From NCBI GenBank assembly GCA_040772485.1, contig JAXGYC010000008.1, forward strand, positions 1 through 64,000: DNA of 64,000 bases, in the 5' to 3' direction. The stretch is from Sedimentisphaerales bacterium (GTDB taxonomy: Bacteria > Planctomycetota > Phycisphaerae > Sedimentisphaerales > Anaerobacaceae). Position 1 is the first letter of the stretch, and each line of letters starts with the position of its first letter. Positions 38,633-48,638 of the stretch are shown here, in pieces. The notes beneath the pieces were generated by a model. That model saw only the letters and a list, made by a program, of their open reading frames with translations, was not told the origin of the DNA and ran no database searches. A program made the position numbers and the translations under genes.

Positions 38633-39847
38633 ATGAACGCCAAATTGTTGGATAGCCTCCAGTTGCAGGGCTTTCTGTCGTTTGCACCGCAGAGCGAACC
38701 CGTGAGACTCACGAATCTGAATGTGCTGATTGGCCCCAATGGCGTGGGCAAATCGAACTTCATTGAGGCAATCGAATTGCTCCACGCAACGCCGGCGGAT
38801 TTCAGTGGCCTTATCCGGCTCGGTGGTACACCCAGCGATTGGATATGGCACGGCGATAAGGAAGCGTCGTTCGCCCATATCGAAGCGATCCTATCGCCCG
38901 ACGACAGTACGCCCCGGTTGCGATACACGATCGAGTTCGTGGAGAGTGCTGGACGGTTGGAGATCGCCGACGAGGTGTTGGAAGAGGCCGACAAAGCCGA
39001 TCCCAACGCCCACGATGTGCGGTTCTACTATCGATTCCAGCGAGGACGTCCGGCAATCAACATCCGCGAGACTCATATGAACGAGACGGGCAAGCGAGAA
39101 TACACCCAACGAAAACTGAAACGCGAGAGCATTGACCCGCAGCAATCGATCCTGTCGCAGCGCAAAGACCCGGACCTGTACCCGGAGGTGACGGCAACTG
39201 CGAGGCGATTCGGCGGCATCCAGGTGTTCCGCGAATGGAGCTTCGGGCGGTCCGCTGCCTTGCGCGCTGCGCAACCCTCCAACCTGCCCACGGACGTGCT
39301 GTTGCCGCAGCTTGTCAATTTGGGACTCGTACTGAACGACTTGGAGCATCGTGGCAGTGAGTGGAGCCGATTTAACGATCTGATGCACAAGTTCCTGCCC
39401 CGGTTCACGCGCCTAACCACGAAGATTTCTGCCGGATCAGTGCAGGTCTATCTGCACGAGGATGGCTTGAGTGTTCCGGTGCCGGCAACCCGCCTCTCCG
39501 ACGGAACGTTGCGATTCCTGGCAATTCTGGCGATCTTGCTGAACCCCCGGTCGGCCCCGTTGATCTGCATCGAAGAGCCGGAACTGGGCCTGCATCCAGA
39601 CGCGATGTCGCTGCTTGCCGATCTGTTGGTCGAGGCATCCGAGAAGACACAGTTGGCCGTGACAACGCACTCAGATTTGCTGGTCTCGGCGTTGACCGAG
39701 CAAACCGAGGCCGTATTGGTTTGTGACTACCTGGAGAACGGTACCCAACTGCGACGACTGGAGAGGGCGAAGTTGGCGCACTGGTTGGAGAAATACCGGT
39801 TGGGCGAGGTCTGGCGGCTCGGAAAACTCGGAGGCAACCTGTGGTAA
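38633..39847 (+). CDS. ABC-type ATPase (AAA_21 family)
   Basis: IGPNGVGKSN Walker A; LSDGTLRFL signature; IEEPELGLHP Walker B; TTHS. Confidence 0.9.
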   Translation: MNAKLLDSLQLQGFLSFAPQSEPVRLTNLNVLIGPNGVGKSNFIEAIELLHATPADFSGLIRLGGTPSDWIWHGDKEASFAHIEAILSPDDSTPRLRYTIEFVESAGRLEIADEVLEEADKADPNAHDVRFYYRFQRGRPAINIRETHMNETGKREYTQRKLKRESIDPQQSILSQRKDPDLYPEVTATARRFGGIQVFREWSFGRSAALRAAQPSNLPTDVLLPQLVNLGLVLNDLEHRGSEWSRFNDLMHKFLPRFTRLTTKISAGSVQVYLHEDGLSVPVPATRLSDGTLRFLAILAILLNPRSAPLICIEEPELGLHPDAMSLLADLLVEASEKTQLAVTTHSDLLVSALTEQTEAVLVCDYLENGTQLRRLERAKLAHWLEKYRLGEVWRLGKLGGNLW

Positions 39848-40476
39848 AGGCTATTGCCATCTACATCGAAGGCGGTGGAGACACAGCCCAGACGCTCGAT
39901 CCGTTCCGCCGTGGCATGTCGGTTTTTCTGAAGTCAGTGGTCGATGAGGTGCGTCAGCGTCGTATCAGTTGGCGTCTGATTCCCTGCGGTGGACGCCGAG
40001 CGACGTACAATGCTTTCGTCGATGCACTCCAGAATGAGCCAGAAGTGTTCAACGTGCTGCTGGTCGATTCAGAAGACCCTGTGGCAATCACGGTCGCGCC
40101 GTGGGAACACCTTAAGAACCGCGATGGCGACAAATGGGACACACCGTCAGGGGCAGATGATAAGCGATGCCAGATGATGGTGGCCTGCATGGAAGCTTGG
40201 TTCCTCGCCGACCCCAAGGGGCTGAAGAAGCACTTCGGCGGCGACTTTGACAGTGGGAAACTGCCCCCGCCGAACCAAGCCGAGACCCGCACCAAAGCCG
40301 ATATCAACGAGGCACTGGAGAAAGCCACGAGGCAGACGCCAGCCAGAGAGTACCGCAAGATTCGCGACGGAGCAAGATTACTGGAGAAGGTGGACTGCGC
40401 GGAGGTGCGAAGACATTGCAGGTGGTGCGAGCGATTCTTCCAGACATTGGGCGAGGCGATCGGGGCAAACGTATGA
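39841..40476 (+). CDS. DUF4276 family protein
   Basis: IYIEGGG, CGGR, LLVDSE, MVACMEAWFLAD, Y.K; overlaps ATPase stop. Confidence 0.8.
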   Translation: MVKAIAIYIEGGGDTAQTLDPFRRGMSVFLKSVVDEVRQRRISWRLIPCGGRRATYNAFVDALQNEPEVFNVLLVDSEDPVAITVAPWEHLKNRDGDKWDTPSGADDKRCQMMVACMEAWFLADPKGLKKHFGGDFDSGKLPPPNQAETRTKADINEALEKATRQTPAREYRKIRDGARLLEKVDCAEVRRHCRWCERFFQTLGEAIGANV

Positions 40477-40505
40477 GGGGTGTCTGAAACCGGGTGCACC
40501 TGTCC

Positions 40506-41366
40506 TCATTGCTTGCCTGGCCATAGCTGGCCGTAGCTGGCCAGTTGGATGTTCCGTGCTTTGATGACCTCTTTGACCCGCTCGCTGGTGAAGGACCGGG
40601 TGACGCCGTCGCGATGGGCCGCGACGTTCCAGTAGCCCTCGTGCCCGATCGCCCGCATTTCGTCGGTGTCGAGGCCCGGATGCTCGACGAGGATCCAGAT
40701 GCCCGGCTTGAGCTCCTGGAGCGCCTTGACCAGCGCCGCCTCGCGCTGTTCGGCGGTCGTGTTGTTGTCGGCGGGCCAGCGGAACCACTGGGCGCCGGGC
40801 GTCTCGATCGGCAGCTTGTACTCGGCCGCCAGCTTCTGCGCCAGCGTTCGCAGCTCCGGCGTGCTGGTCGGCGTGCCCATGTGGCTGCTCAGATGCGAGA
40901 CCTGCGGGATGTGCTTTTTGGCCAGCTCGATCTGGGCCCGCAGCTCCTTCTCGACCTCGTGGATGTTCCACTTGGAACCGAGGAAATCCCGATTCGTCGG
41001 GAAGAAGTAGCCGCTCGAATCGACCAGGCTCGGCGCCTGCGTGATCGGGCCCCACTTGTAGTTGGCCCACTCGCTGGTCAGCGTCAGGTGCACACCGACG
41101 TCGTAGCCCGGCGTCTCGCGCAGCATCGCGGCCGCCTCGTTGAACCACGGGCACGGAACCATCACCTCGACGCTCCGCGCGATCCCGTCGCGGAAGCTGC
41201 GGATGCACGCGACGTTGGCCGCGTGAGCCGAACCGATGTCGTCGGCCCGCACGATCAGCTTGATCGGCTCGGCCGCCTGACGTGCCTGAGCCGGCCCGGT
41301 ACCCGCCGCCAGCGGCATCGCCGCCAACACCCCCGCCGTCCGCAAACAAAACTGCCTTCTGTCCAT
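40506..41366 (-). CDS. YdjC/ChbG-family deacetylase, Tat-exported
   Basis: RRQF Tat signal; LIVRADD.G, GVHLTLTSEW, SHLSSHMG, EHPG. Confidence 0.88.
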   Translation of the reverse strand: MDRRQFCLRTAGVLAAMPLAAGTGPAQARQAAEPIKLIVRADDIGSAHAANVACIRSFRDGIARSVEVMVPCPWFNEAAAMLRETPGYDVGVHLTLTSEWANYKWGPITQAPSLVDSSGYFFPTNRDFLGSKWNIHEVEKELRAQIELAKKHIPQVSHLSSHMGTPTSTPELRTLAQKLAAEYKLPIETPGAQWFRWPADNNTTAEQREAALVKALQELKPGIWILVEHPGLDTDEMRAIGHEGYWNVAAHRDGVTRSFTSERVKEVIKARNIQLASYGQLWPGKQ

Positions 41367-41462
41367 CGCACGCCCCCCTTAAGAAGAACCTTGGAAGATC
41401 GTTGATTACTGCCTCTGCTATGCGACAAAGCCCGCTCGCAGTGACCCGCCGCGGCGGGTTCC

Positions 41463-41657
41463 CGTTCGTAGTGGCGTCGTGAGACGCTACCTTCAAGAAC
41501 ATGTATGCTTTCACGAGCATACTACAAACCGTATGCCCTTACGGGCACACTACGAACACATTGTAGTCCCGCCCACTCCCCAGGCAACCACTTTGCCGAT
41601 CAGCCACCACCTCGCGCCCTCGTTTCTCTTTGCGTTCCGATTTGGCGGGACTACAAT
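41463..41657. repeat. Cluster of GTAG-type REP-like palindromes
   Basis: gttcGTAGtggcgtc..gacgctac; two ..actac(a/g)aac units; inverted pair attgtagtcccgcc / ggcgggactacaat. Confidence 0.65.
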
Positions 41658-41700
41658 CTGCCGGCAGATTGAACATGGCGTTTTTGGAAGGACGGACGGT

Positions 41701-43059
41701 ATGCGTCGAGAATGCGTGGGGGTGTCGGGACGGTTGGTGGTGATAGCATTGTGTGTGGTGGGGATGTGCTGGTCGATCTGCGGCGAGATGGCTTCGGGGG
41801 CGGAGGATCGCGCGTTGGGGGTCGCGGCGAGCAATCGGCCGATGCGAACCGTGCGGACGCTGGTTCTGACCGTCGGGCAGACGGAGGGCGATCTGCGAGG
41901 CACGGACGACAAGGCCATCCAGGCGGGGGTGGACTATTTGCACCGCTTGGGCGGCGGAACACTGCACATCCTGCCGGGGGTTTACGAGGTGAAGAACGCC
42001 ATCTATCTGCACCCCCACATCACCGTGAGCGGCTCGGGCGAGCGAACCGTTCTGCGAAAGAGCGCCGGCGTGGTGACGAAGCTGGTCCGCGATTCGGACT
42101 GGTACGAGTACGGCGTCGAGGTGGACGATCCAGCGGGCTTTGCACCCGGCGGCGGCATCATGCTCCGAACGAGCACCGGTCCGGGCCAGTGGCAATACGA
42201 TGTCCTGCGGGCGACGATCACGGCGGTCGAAGGCAAGGTCCTCTTTCTGGACCGGATGACCCGGAAGAACTTCTGGATCCAGGACGACGCCACCGCGGCG
42301 ACTCTTTTCCCGATCCTCACCGCCGAAGGCGTCGACGACGTGCATATCGAGAACCTCGTGCTCGACGGCAACCGCGACCGCAACGAGAACGTCAACGGCA
42401 ACTTCGCCGGAGCGGTGTTCATCCAGGGCTGCAATCGCTGGCGGTTCACGAACGTGGTGGCCCGCAACTACAACGGCGACGGCTTCAGCTTTCAGGTCTG
42501 CGACGATGTCCACTTCGAGGACTGCCAGGCGCTGAACAACGCCGATCTCGGGTTCCATCCGGGCAGCGGCTCGCAGCGCCCGGTCTTTCGCGGCTGCACC
42601 GCCGAGGGCAACAGCCAGGGCATCTTCTTCTGCTGGGCGGTCTCGGACGGGCTGGTGGAGGACTGCACCCTCTCGGAGAACGGCCGCTTCGGCATCAGCA
42701 TCGGGCACCGCGACACCGACAACATCGTGCGGAGCTGCACCATCGAGCGAAACGGCGAGGTGGGCATCCTCTTCCGGGCGGAGGTCGGCGAGTTCCGCTG
42801 CGGCCACCGCAACCGGATCGAGGGCTGCACGATCCGCGACAACGGCGCCCAGGAGCCGGGGGTCGGGATCGACATCCGGGGCCAGACCCGCGACATCACG
42901 ATCCGCGACACCCGGCTGGAGAACACCGCAACCGGCCGTCAGCGAACGGGAATCCGCATCGGCAGCCAAGCCGGGGCGGTTTCCCTGCAAGGCAACACGT
43001 ACGAAGGCTGCCCTGTGGCTGTCGAGGACCTGCGATCGCAGGAGAACAGCCCACGGTAG
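41701..43059 (+). CDS. Right-handed parallel beta-helix (pectin lyase-like) protein
   Basis: AIQAGVD...GGGTLHILPGVY, repeated N...G-hydrophobic beta-helix turns; signal peptide. Confidence 0.85.
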   Translation: MRRECVGVSGRLVVIALCVVGMCWSICGEMASGAEDRALGVAASNRPMRTVRTLVLTVGQTEGDLRGTDDKAIQAGVDYLHRLGGGTLHILPGVYEVKNAIYLHPHITVSGSGERTVLRKSAGVVTKLVRDSDWYEYGVEVDDPAGFAPGGGIMLRTSTGPGQWQYDVLRATITAVEGKVLFLDRMTRKNFWIQDDATAATLFPILTAEGVDDVHIENLVLDGNRDRNENVNGNFAGAVFIQGCNRWRFTNVVARNYNGDGFSFQVCDDVHFEDCQALNNADLGFHPGSGSQRPVFRGCTAEGNSQGIFFCWAVSDGLVEDCTLSENGRFGISIGHRDTDNIVRSCTIERNGEVGILFRAEVGEFRCGHRNRIEGCTIRDNGAQEPGVGIDIRGQTRDITIRDTRLENTATGRQRTGIRIGSQAGAVSLQGNTYEGCPVAVEDLRSQENSPR

Positions 43060-43114
43060 CCATGCGAAACCTCGCGCCCGGGCCCCAAAGGGCAATCGCC
43101 TCAGAATATGGTGA

Positions 43115-43143
43115 TTGACGGCGGGCGAGGTAGGGTATAGAAT
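43115..43143 (+). promoter_or_regulatory. Sigma70-like promoter
   Basis: TTGACG, 17 bp spacer, TAGAAT. Confidence 0.55.
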
Positions 43144-43595
43144 GGTCTTGTCATTTGTCATCCAGAAAGACGTGGTCCGGAGGCTGGAGATGCGACAATG
43201 GCGGTTGTTGGCGCCCTGAAAGGGGCCGGAGACCGGAGTGAGGAGTCCCGCCCAGGCGGCATTTGCGCCCATGCCACAGGTTCATTCAGAAGCTTGCTGG
43301 TGGTGGCGCTGCGCCGTCTCCGTGCCCTCCGGACGATATAGCGACCTGCGGAAGTCTTTTCCCGATCTGTGATACGAATACCGATGGAGGCAGAGGGATC
43401 TGCGGAGGTTGACGAGCTCTCGGTGGCAGCGCGGCGATGCGCGCACCGCCGCGCAGACACAACGCGCTTCAGAATCGGAAAGGAGGTGTTGCCCCGACAC
43501 AGCGTTGGTGAACAGAATCGGTCATTGCACGGTTTGGTCCTGTCGTGATTCTGCCAAACCCTTTCCACACCATTTTTTGGACGAGGAGATGAGGT

Positions 43596-46403
43596 ATGTT
43601 TAGCAGACGAATGATGACTGTAGCATGGGCCCTGCTGGTGTCTCTGGCGTTGGTCTGCCAGGCGCAGGATCCCGGTGCGGCCAGTGCGCCGAGTCCCGCC
43701 GACGGCGGCCAGGGGGTCCCGACGGACGGAATCGTCCTGAGCTGGACCATCGGCGCCGACGCGGTCTTGCACAACGTTTACTTCGGCACGGACGCGGCGG
43801 CGGTCGAGGCCAGGGACGCGAGCACCGCCATCCGCTCGATGTCGCTGGCGACGGAGATCGAGCTCGATGCCCTGGAGCCGATGACCACGTACTACTGGGC
43901 GGTGGATGAGTGGTCCGCGACCGGGGCCACGTTCGCCGGAGCGGTCTGGAGCTTCACCACGTTCGATCCCGCCGAAGCGGGCATCCTGGCGGAGTATTGG
44001 GCGAACATGGGCCTCGAGGGCGAGCCGGCCGTGGTGACGGTTGTCAATGAAATCAACAAGGACTGGGGCGACGGGGCCGTCCCCGGCGAGAACTCGCCCG
44101 ATCCGGCCATCCCGGTCGATGGGTTCTCCTGCCGCTGGAGCGCCGCGCTGGTTGTCCTGAAGTCGGGCGCGTACACGTTCTATTCCGCTTCCGACGACGG
44201 GGCCAGGTTGTTCCTCAACGGCGTGGCGATCACCGATGGCTGGTACGATCGCGGCACGACCGAAGACGCCTCGGCGCCGCAAGAGTTGGTGGCTGGCGAA
44301 ACGTACTTGCTGGTCATGGAAATGTACGAGAACGGCGGCGGCGCCAGCGCATTCCTGCGTTGGGAAGGCCCCGGCATCGCCAAGCAGGTCCTTACGGCGG
44401 GCGCCTTGCAGATCCCGAAGATGGCGATTTCTCCCAGCCCGGCCGTCGGCGCGACGGCGGTGAAGAACACGCCGACTCTGAGTTGGCGGGCCAGCGACGC
44501 CGCGGTGGCCCACGACGTCTATCTGGGCACCGACCGGGACCTGGTCGCGGCGGGCGACGCCAGTGTCTACCTGGGCCGCGTGGAGGCCACCAGCTTCCAG
44601 ATCGGCGATGCCCTCCAGGGCGAGACCGAGTACTTCTGGAAAGTGGATGAAGTGGCCGCGGACGAGACGATCGTTCCGGGTCTGGTCTGGAGCTTTACGG
44701 TCGTTGCCGACGTGCTCACCTCGCCGCAGGCTTGGGCGAATGCCGTTGCCCTGGCCGGTCCGGGCTTCTTCGCCACCGACGTAGCTGACGGTGTCTACGA
44801 CATCGGCGCATTCGGCGGCGAGATGACCTACGAGTTCATCGTCAAGAGCAACCCGCTGGAGACGCAGGCCAGCATGTGCCTGATCGGCCGCAGAGACTTC
44901 GGCGACACCGAGATGGGCCTGAAGTACGAGCAGTGGAACAACACCGGCACCTACGGCGCGACCACCTTCGGCGTGGCCGACTATGACTTCGGTGTGGCCA
45001 ACACGCCCGGACTCTTCACCCATCTGGTCTTCGTCGCCAGCGCTGAGGCGGGCACGACGGACCTGTACGTCAACGGCGCCTACAAGGGCAGCGTGGCGGC
45101 CGCCATCACCCTCTCGGGCCTGGTGGGCATCGGCTACGGCGCCCAGGATCGCGAGGGCGCGGATCCCTTCTTCGATGACTTCGACGGCGAGATCTTCGGC
45201 GTGGCGATCTACGACCGCGCTCTATCCAAGGGCGAGATCCGCGTGAACGCCGACACATACCTCGAAAAAGGTCCGTCGGACATCACCGCTGCCGGCGACG
45301 CCGTCCAGGGCGTGCCGAACGACGGGGATTGGCCCGGCGCCGAGACGCCCGATCTGGCGATCGACGACAACGTGGCCACGAAGTACCTGCACTTCAAGGG
45401 CGAGACCGAGCCGACCGGGTTCCAGGTCACGCCGGCCCTCGGCGCGACGGTGGTCACGGGGCTGACCCTGACGACCGCCAACGACGCCGTGGAGCGCGAC
45501 CCGATTGCGTTCGAGCTTTACGGCTCCAATGAGAGCATCGATGGACCGTATGCGCTGATCGCCTCCGGCGAAGTGGCCGATTTCAATCAGGTCGATGCCT
45601 GGCCGCGATTCACCAAGACCGTCACGCCGATCGAGTTCGAGAACGCGGTCGCGTACACGTACTATCAGGTCATGTTCCCGGCCGTTCGCGATCCGGGTTC
45701 GGCCAACAGCATGCAGATCGCCGAGGTCGAGCTGATCGGCGTGCCTGCTGCGAACGTGCTGTTCGCAGAAGACTTCGAAGGGCTGCCTCTGGGCCCGAAT
45801 GTGGATGAGGTCGTGGCTGGCGATGCCGTCTGGACGAAGACCGCTCCGGAAGGCTGGCTCATCGACGACAGCGGCATGCCCGGGGTCGGTGATCCGGCGA
45901 TGGACGGCGTGACCGAATGGGCCGGCTGGAGCTTTGCCAGCAAGGACTGGTGGGTGCAGGCCGCCGAGGATCAGGATCGGTCGAAGTTCACGCTCGGAAC
46001 CGGCATCGTGGCCATTGCCGATGCGGACGAATGGGACGACCAGGATCACGCGGAAGGCTGGTACGACAGCTTCCTCAGCACGCCGATCATCGATCTGGCC
46101 GGCGTCGAGGCGGGCATGCTGCAACTGCGGTTTGACTCGAGCTGGCGTCCGGAGTTCGACGACGACTATCACCAGACCGCGAAGATCACGGTCTCCTTCG
46201 ACGGAGGAGATCCGGTGGAGGTGCTCCTGTGGGAATCGGATGAGAGCAGTCCGAACTACAAGCCCTACGCCACCAACGAATCGGTGGCCGTCGCGATTCC
46301 CAAGCCGGCAGGCGCCCAGAACATGGTCGTGACCTTCGGCCTGGTCGAGGCCGGAAACGACTGGTGGTGGGCGGTCGACAACGTGGAGATCACCTACTAC
46401 TAA
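43596..46403 (+). CDS. Secreted multidomain protein (PA14, LamG-like, carbohydrate-binding modules)
   Basis: Signal peptide; H.VY.GTD...Y.W.VDE...VWSFT repeats; SDDGARLFLNG/YENGG (PA14); LYVNG...IYDRALS (LamG). Confidence 0.85.
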   Translation: MFSRRMMTVAWALLVSLALVCQAQDPGAASAPSPADGGQGVPTDGIVLSWTIGADAVLHNVYFGTDAAAVEARDASTAIRSMSLATEIELDALEPMTTYYWAVDEWSATGATFAGAVWSFTTFDPAEAGILAEYWANMGLEGEPAVVTVVNEINKDWGDGAVPGENSPDPAIPVDGFSCRWSAALVVLKSGAYTFYSASDDGARLFLNGVAITDGWYDRGTTEDASAPQELVAGETYLLVMEMYENGGGASAFLRWEGPGIAKQVLTAGALQIPKMAISPSPAVGATAVKNTPTLSWRASDAAVAHDVYLGTDRDLVAAGDASVYLGRVEATSFQIGDALQGETEYFWKVDEVAADETIVPGLVWSFTVVADVLTSPQAWANAVALAGPGFFATDVADGVYDIGAFGGEMTYEFIVKSNPLETQASMCLIGRRDFGDTEMGLKYEQWNNTGTYGATTFGVADYDFGVANTPGLFTHLVFVASAEAGTTDLYVNGAYKGSVAAAITLSGLVGIGYGAQDREGADPFFDDFDGEIFGVAIYDRALSKGEIRVNADTYLEKGPSDITAAGDAVQGVPNDGDWPGAETPDLAIDDNVATKYLHFKGETEPTGFQVTPALGATVVTGLTLTTANDAVERDPIAFELYGSNESIDGPYALIASGEVADFNQVDAWPRFTKTVTPIEFENAVAYTYYQVMFPAVRDPGSANSMQIAEVELIGVPAANVLFAEDFEGLPLGPNVDEVVAGDAVWTKTAPEGWLIDDSGMPGVGDPAMDGVTEWAGWSFASKDWWVQAAEDQDRSKFTLGTGIVAIADADEWDDQDHAEGWYDSFLSTPIIDLAGVEAGMLQLRFDSSWRPEFDDDYHQTAKITVSFDGGDPVEVLLWESDESSPNYKPYATNESVAVAIPKPAGAQNMVVTFGLVEAGNDWWWAVDNVEITYY

Positions 46404-46436
46404 ACCGAGTTGTCCGTTTCAGAGAAGTGTCCAAAC

Positions 46437-46475
46437 GGGGGTCTGCGGCACGAACGCAGACCCCCCTGTCTTTTT
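46437..46475 (+). terminator. Rho-independent terminator
   Basis: GGGGGTCTGCG-7 nt-CGCAGACCCCC followed by T-rich tract. Confidence 0.75.
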
Positions 46476-46616
46476 GGCATACCGAGCGTCTCAAATCCGG
46501 CTGCATTCTCCGGCGCAGACGGCATTGCCCACCATGCCGCTTTGCAGTAGACTGGTTCCCGTAATCGATACAGGAACGCACTGACACGGATTGGGATTCA
46601 TCCGTGCGCTCTGCCT

Positions 46617-46730
46617 TGTCGTCCTGAACGAAGTGAAGAGCCTGCCCTGAGCTTGCCGAAGGGATCTGGGCGGCGAATGAGAAGAACGTTTCATACCATG
46701 ACCAGATCCTTCGCGAGGCTCAGGATGACA
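46617..46730. repeat. Palindromic intergenic element (TGTC...GACA family)
   Basis: tgtcgtcctga...ggatct...agatcc...tcaggatgaca; internal gcctgccctgagc..gccgaaggg also near 62686-62716. Confidence 0.7.
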
Positions 46731-46834
46731 AAGTCACTTCCGCGCAAGGACTTTTCCTAGTCCGTATGAGAGACGGTCCGAAGCAGCCGCATGGAGCTTC
46801 GCGATTTCGTTGTGTTCGAGACGAGGAGAATCCG

Positions 46835-48286
46835 ATGAACCGACACGAGACCATTCTGATTGCCGCCGTATGCTTGGCTCTGGTCCTCACCGCGTGGGGC
46901 CGACCGGCCGCAGCCGGCGCCGACGTCGTCAGGGTCGTGCCCGAAGAGACGGACGAGTTGCTGGCCAATTCGGGCATGGGTTGGCAGACCTTCCATCACA
47001 CGCGGGACCAGGACAGAAACCTGCCGGATTGGATTCCGTCGACCGTCCACTACGCGCGGTGGGGCTGGGGCCAGATCGAACCGCGTCCGGGCGAGATCGA
47101 TCACGCCTTTCTCGACCGCGTTCTGGAACAGACGCGTGCCGCCGGCCAGAGACTGGCGTTTCGCGTCATGTGTTGCTCGACGTCGCCCGGCAGACCCTAT
47201 CACCCGGACTGGCTCGACGACGTCGGCGGCCGCATCATCATCGCCGACTACAGCAATCAGAAGGAACTGCCCATTCCTGACCTGGATGATCCGGAAGTGC
47301 TGGCCAGGCACCTGGATTTCGTCCGGCGACTGGGCGCTCGTTACGACGGCCACTCGGACATCGATCACGTCGACCTGGGCACCGTGGGCTGGTGGGGTGA
47401 ATGGCACATGAGCAGCTCCACGGTTGCCAGGATGCCGACCGTGGAGAATCGCAGGCAGATCATCGACGCCTACGCGAATGCCTTCAAAAAGACCCCGCTG
47501 GTGATGCTCATCGGCGACTCGGAGAGCCTGGCCTACGCGGCCGAACGCGGGGCCGGATGGCGAGCCGATTGCCTGGGCGACATGGGCGGCTTCTCGAAGA
47601 CGTGGTGCCACATGTGCGACGCTTATCCTCAACTGGTGCGCAAGGCAGGCGTCGCAGACACCTGGAAGACGGCGCCGATCGCATGGGAAACGTGCTGGGA
47701 CATGCGGCGATGGGTCAGCGAAGGCTGGTCGCTGCGATACATCTTCAACTACGCCCTGGCCATGCACGGCTCGCACATCAACAACAAGTCCGCGCCTTTG
47801 CCGGCCGGCGATAACGTGCTTCAGGAGATCGAGCGGTTCCTCCGCCGGCTCGGGTACCGTCTCGTCCTGCGGGAGCTGAGCCACCCGAAGCAGGCCCGCC
47901 CGGGCGATTCGGTGACCATCGCGATGAAATGGCAGAACGCAGGCTCGGCCCCCTGCTACCGGCCGTATCGCCTGGCCTATCGGCTGATCGATGAGCAGGG
48001 CCGCAGCCGCGTGCTCCTCGGCAACGTCACCGTCGAAAAGTGGATGCCCGGCACGGTGGACATCTTCGACGAGGGATTCCTCGAAGAGCCGCCGGACCTG
48101 CCGCCCGGAGAGATCGTCAACGTCTCGGACCGCGTGACATTGCCGCCGGACCTGCACGCCGGGGAGTACTCTCTCGCCATCGCGATTGTCGGTGAACGCT
48201 CGACCGATCCGATAGTGAGACTCGCCATCAAGGGCCGAGATCAGGATGGATGGTATCTCCTAAGCGAGATCGTCGTCCGGCGGTAG
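46835..48286 (+). CDS. DUF4832-type secreted glycoside-hydrolase-like protein
   Basis: N.GMGW, W..IEP..G, G.WGEWH, GWRADCLGD, LGYRLVL, W.NAGSAP.Y. Confidence 0.75.
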   Translation: MNRHETILIAAVCLALVLTAWGRPAAAGADVVRVVPEETDELLANSGMGWQTFHHTRDQDRNLPDWIPSTVHYARWGWGQIEPRPGEIDHAFLDRVLEQTRAAGQRLAFRVMCCSTSPGRPYHPDWLDDVGGRIIIADYSNQKELPIPDLDDPEVLARHLDFVRRLGARYDGHSDIDHVDLGTVGWWGEWHMSSSTVARMPTVENRRQIIDAYANAFKKTPLVMLIGDSESLAYAAERGAGWRADCLGDMGGFSKTWCHMCDAYPQLVRKAGVADTWKTAPIAWETCWDMRRWVSEGWSLRYIFNYALAMHGSHINNKSAPLPAGDNVLQEIERFLRRLGYRLVLRELSHPKQARPGDSVTIAMKWQNAGSAPCYRPYRLAYRLIDEQGRSRVLLGNVTVEKWMPGTVDIFDEGFLEEPPDLPPGEIVNVSDRVTLPPDLHAGEYSLAIAIVGERSTDPIVRLAIKGRDQDGWYLLSEIVVRR

Positions 48287-48395
48287 CTTCATCCGCGCGG
48301 GTCGAGAACAGAGCATATCCACAGGGCGGCGCCAGGTGTGACTGATGTCTCTGGTACAACGGAGCTGCATTTGCGGCAAAACACTGGACCGACTC

Positions 48396-48487
48396 TGTCA
48401 TTTCGAGCGCAGTCGAGAAATCCGGCCGCGAACGTGAGAGACCTGCTGTTCGGTGCCCAGATGCTTCGGCTTCGCCTCAGCATGACA
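48396..48487. repeat. Palindromic intergenic element (TGTCA...TGACA family)
   Basis: tgtcatttcgagcgcagtcgagaaatc...agatgcttcg...cagcatgaca. Confidence 0.7.
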
Positions 48488-48638
48488 AGTCAACAGGCCC
48501 TGCCAGATCACACGGGCGACGCACGCCCTGCGGCACGGAGTTGCCGGCCTCCGAAAGCTGCGATACAATGCCGGGCGAAAACTCGGCCCCTGCCGAATCG
48601 AACGACAACGGCAAATCAATCAAGGTGGAGATATTCCT

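Noticed and set aside
43158..43300. Known riboswitch or SRP RNA
   Set aside because: Conserved cores of cobalamin, c-di-GMP, TPP, SAM riboswitches or SRP were not recognisable by eye.
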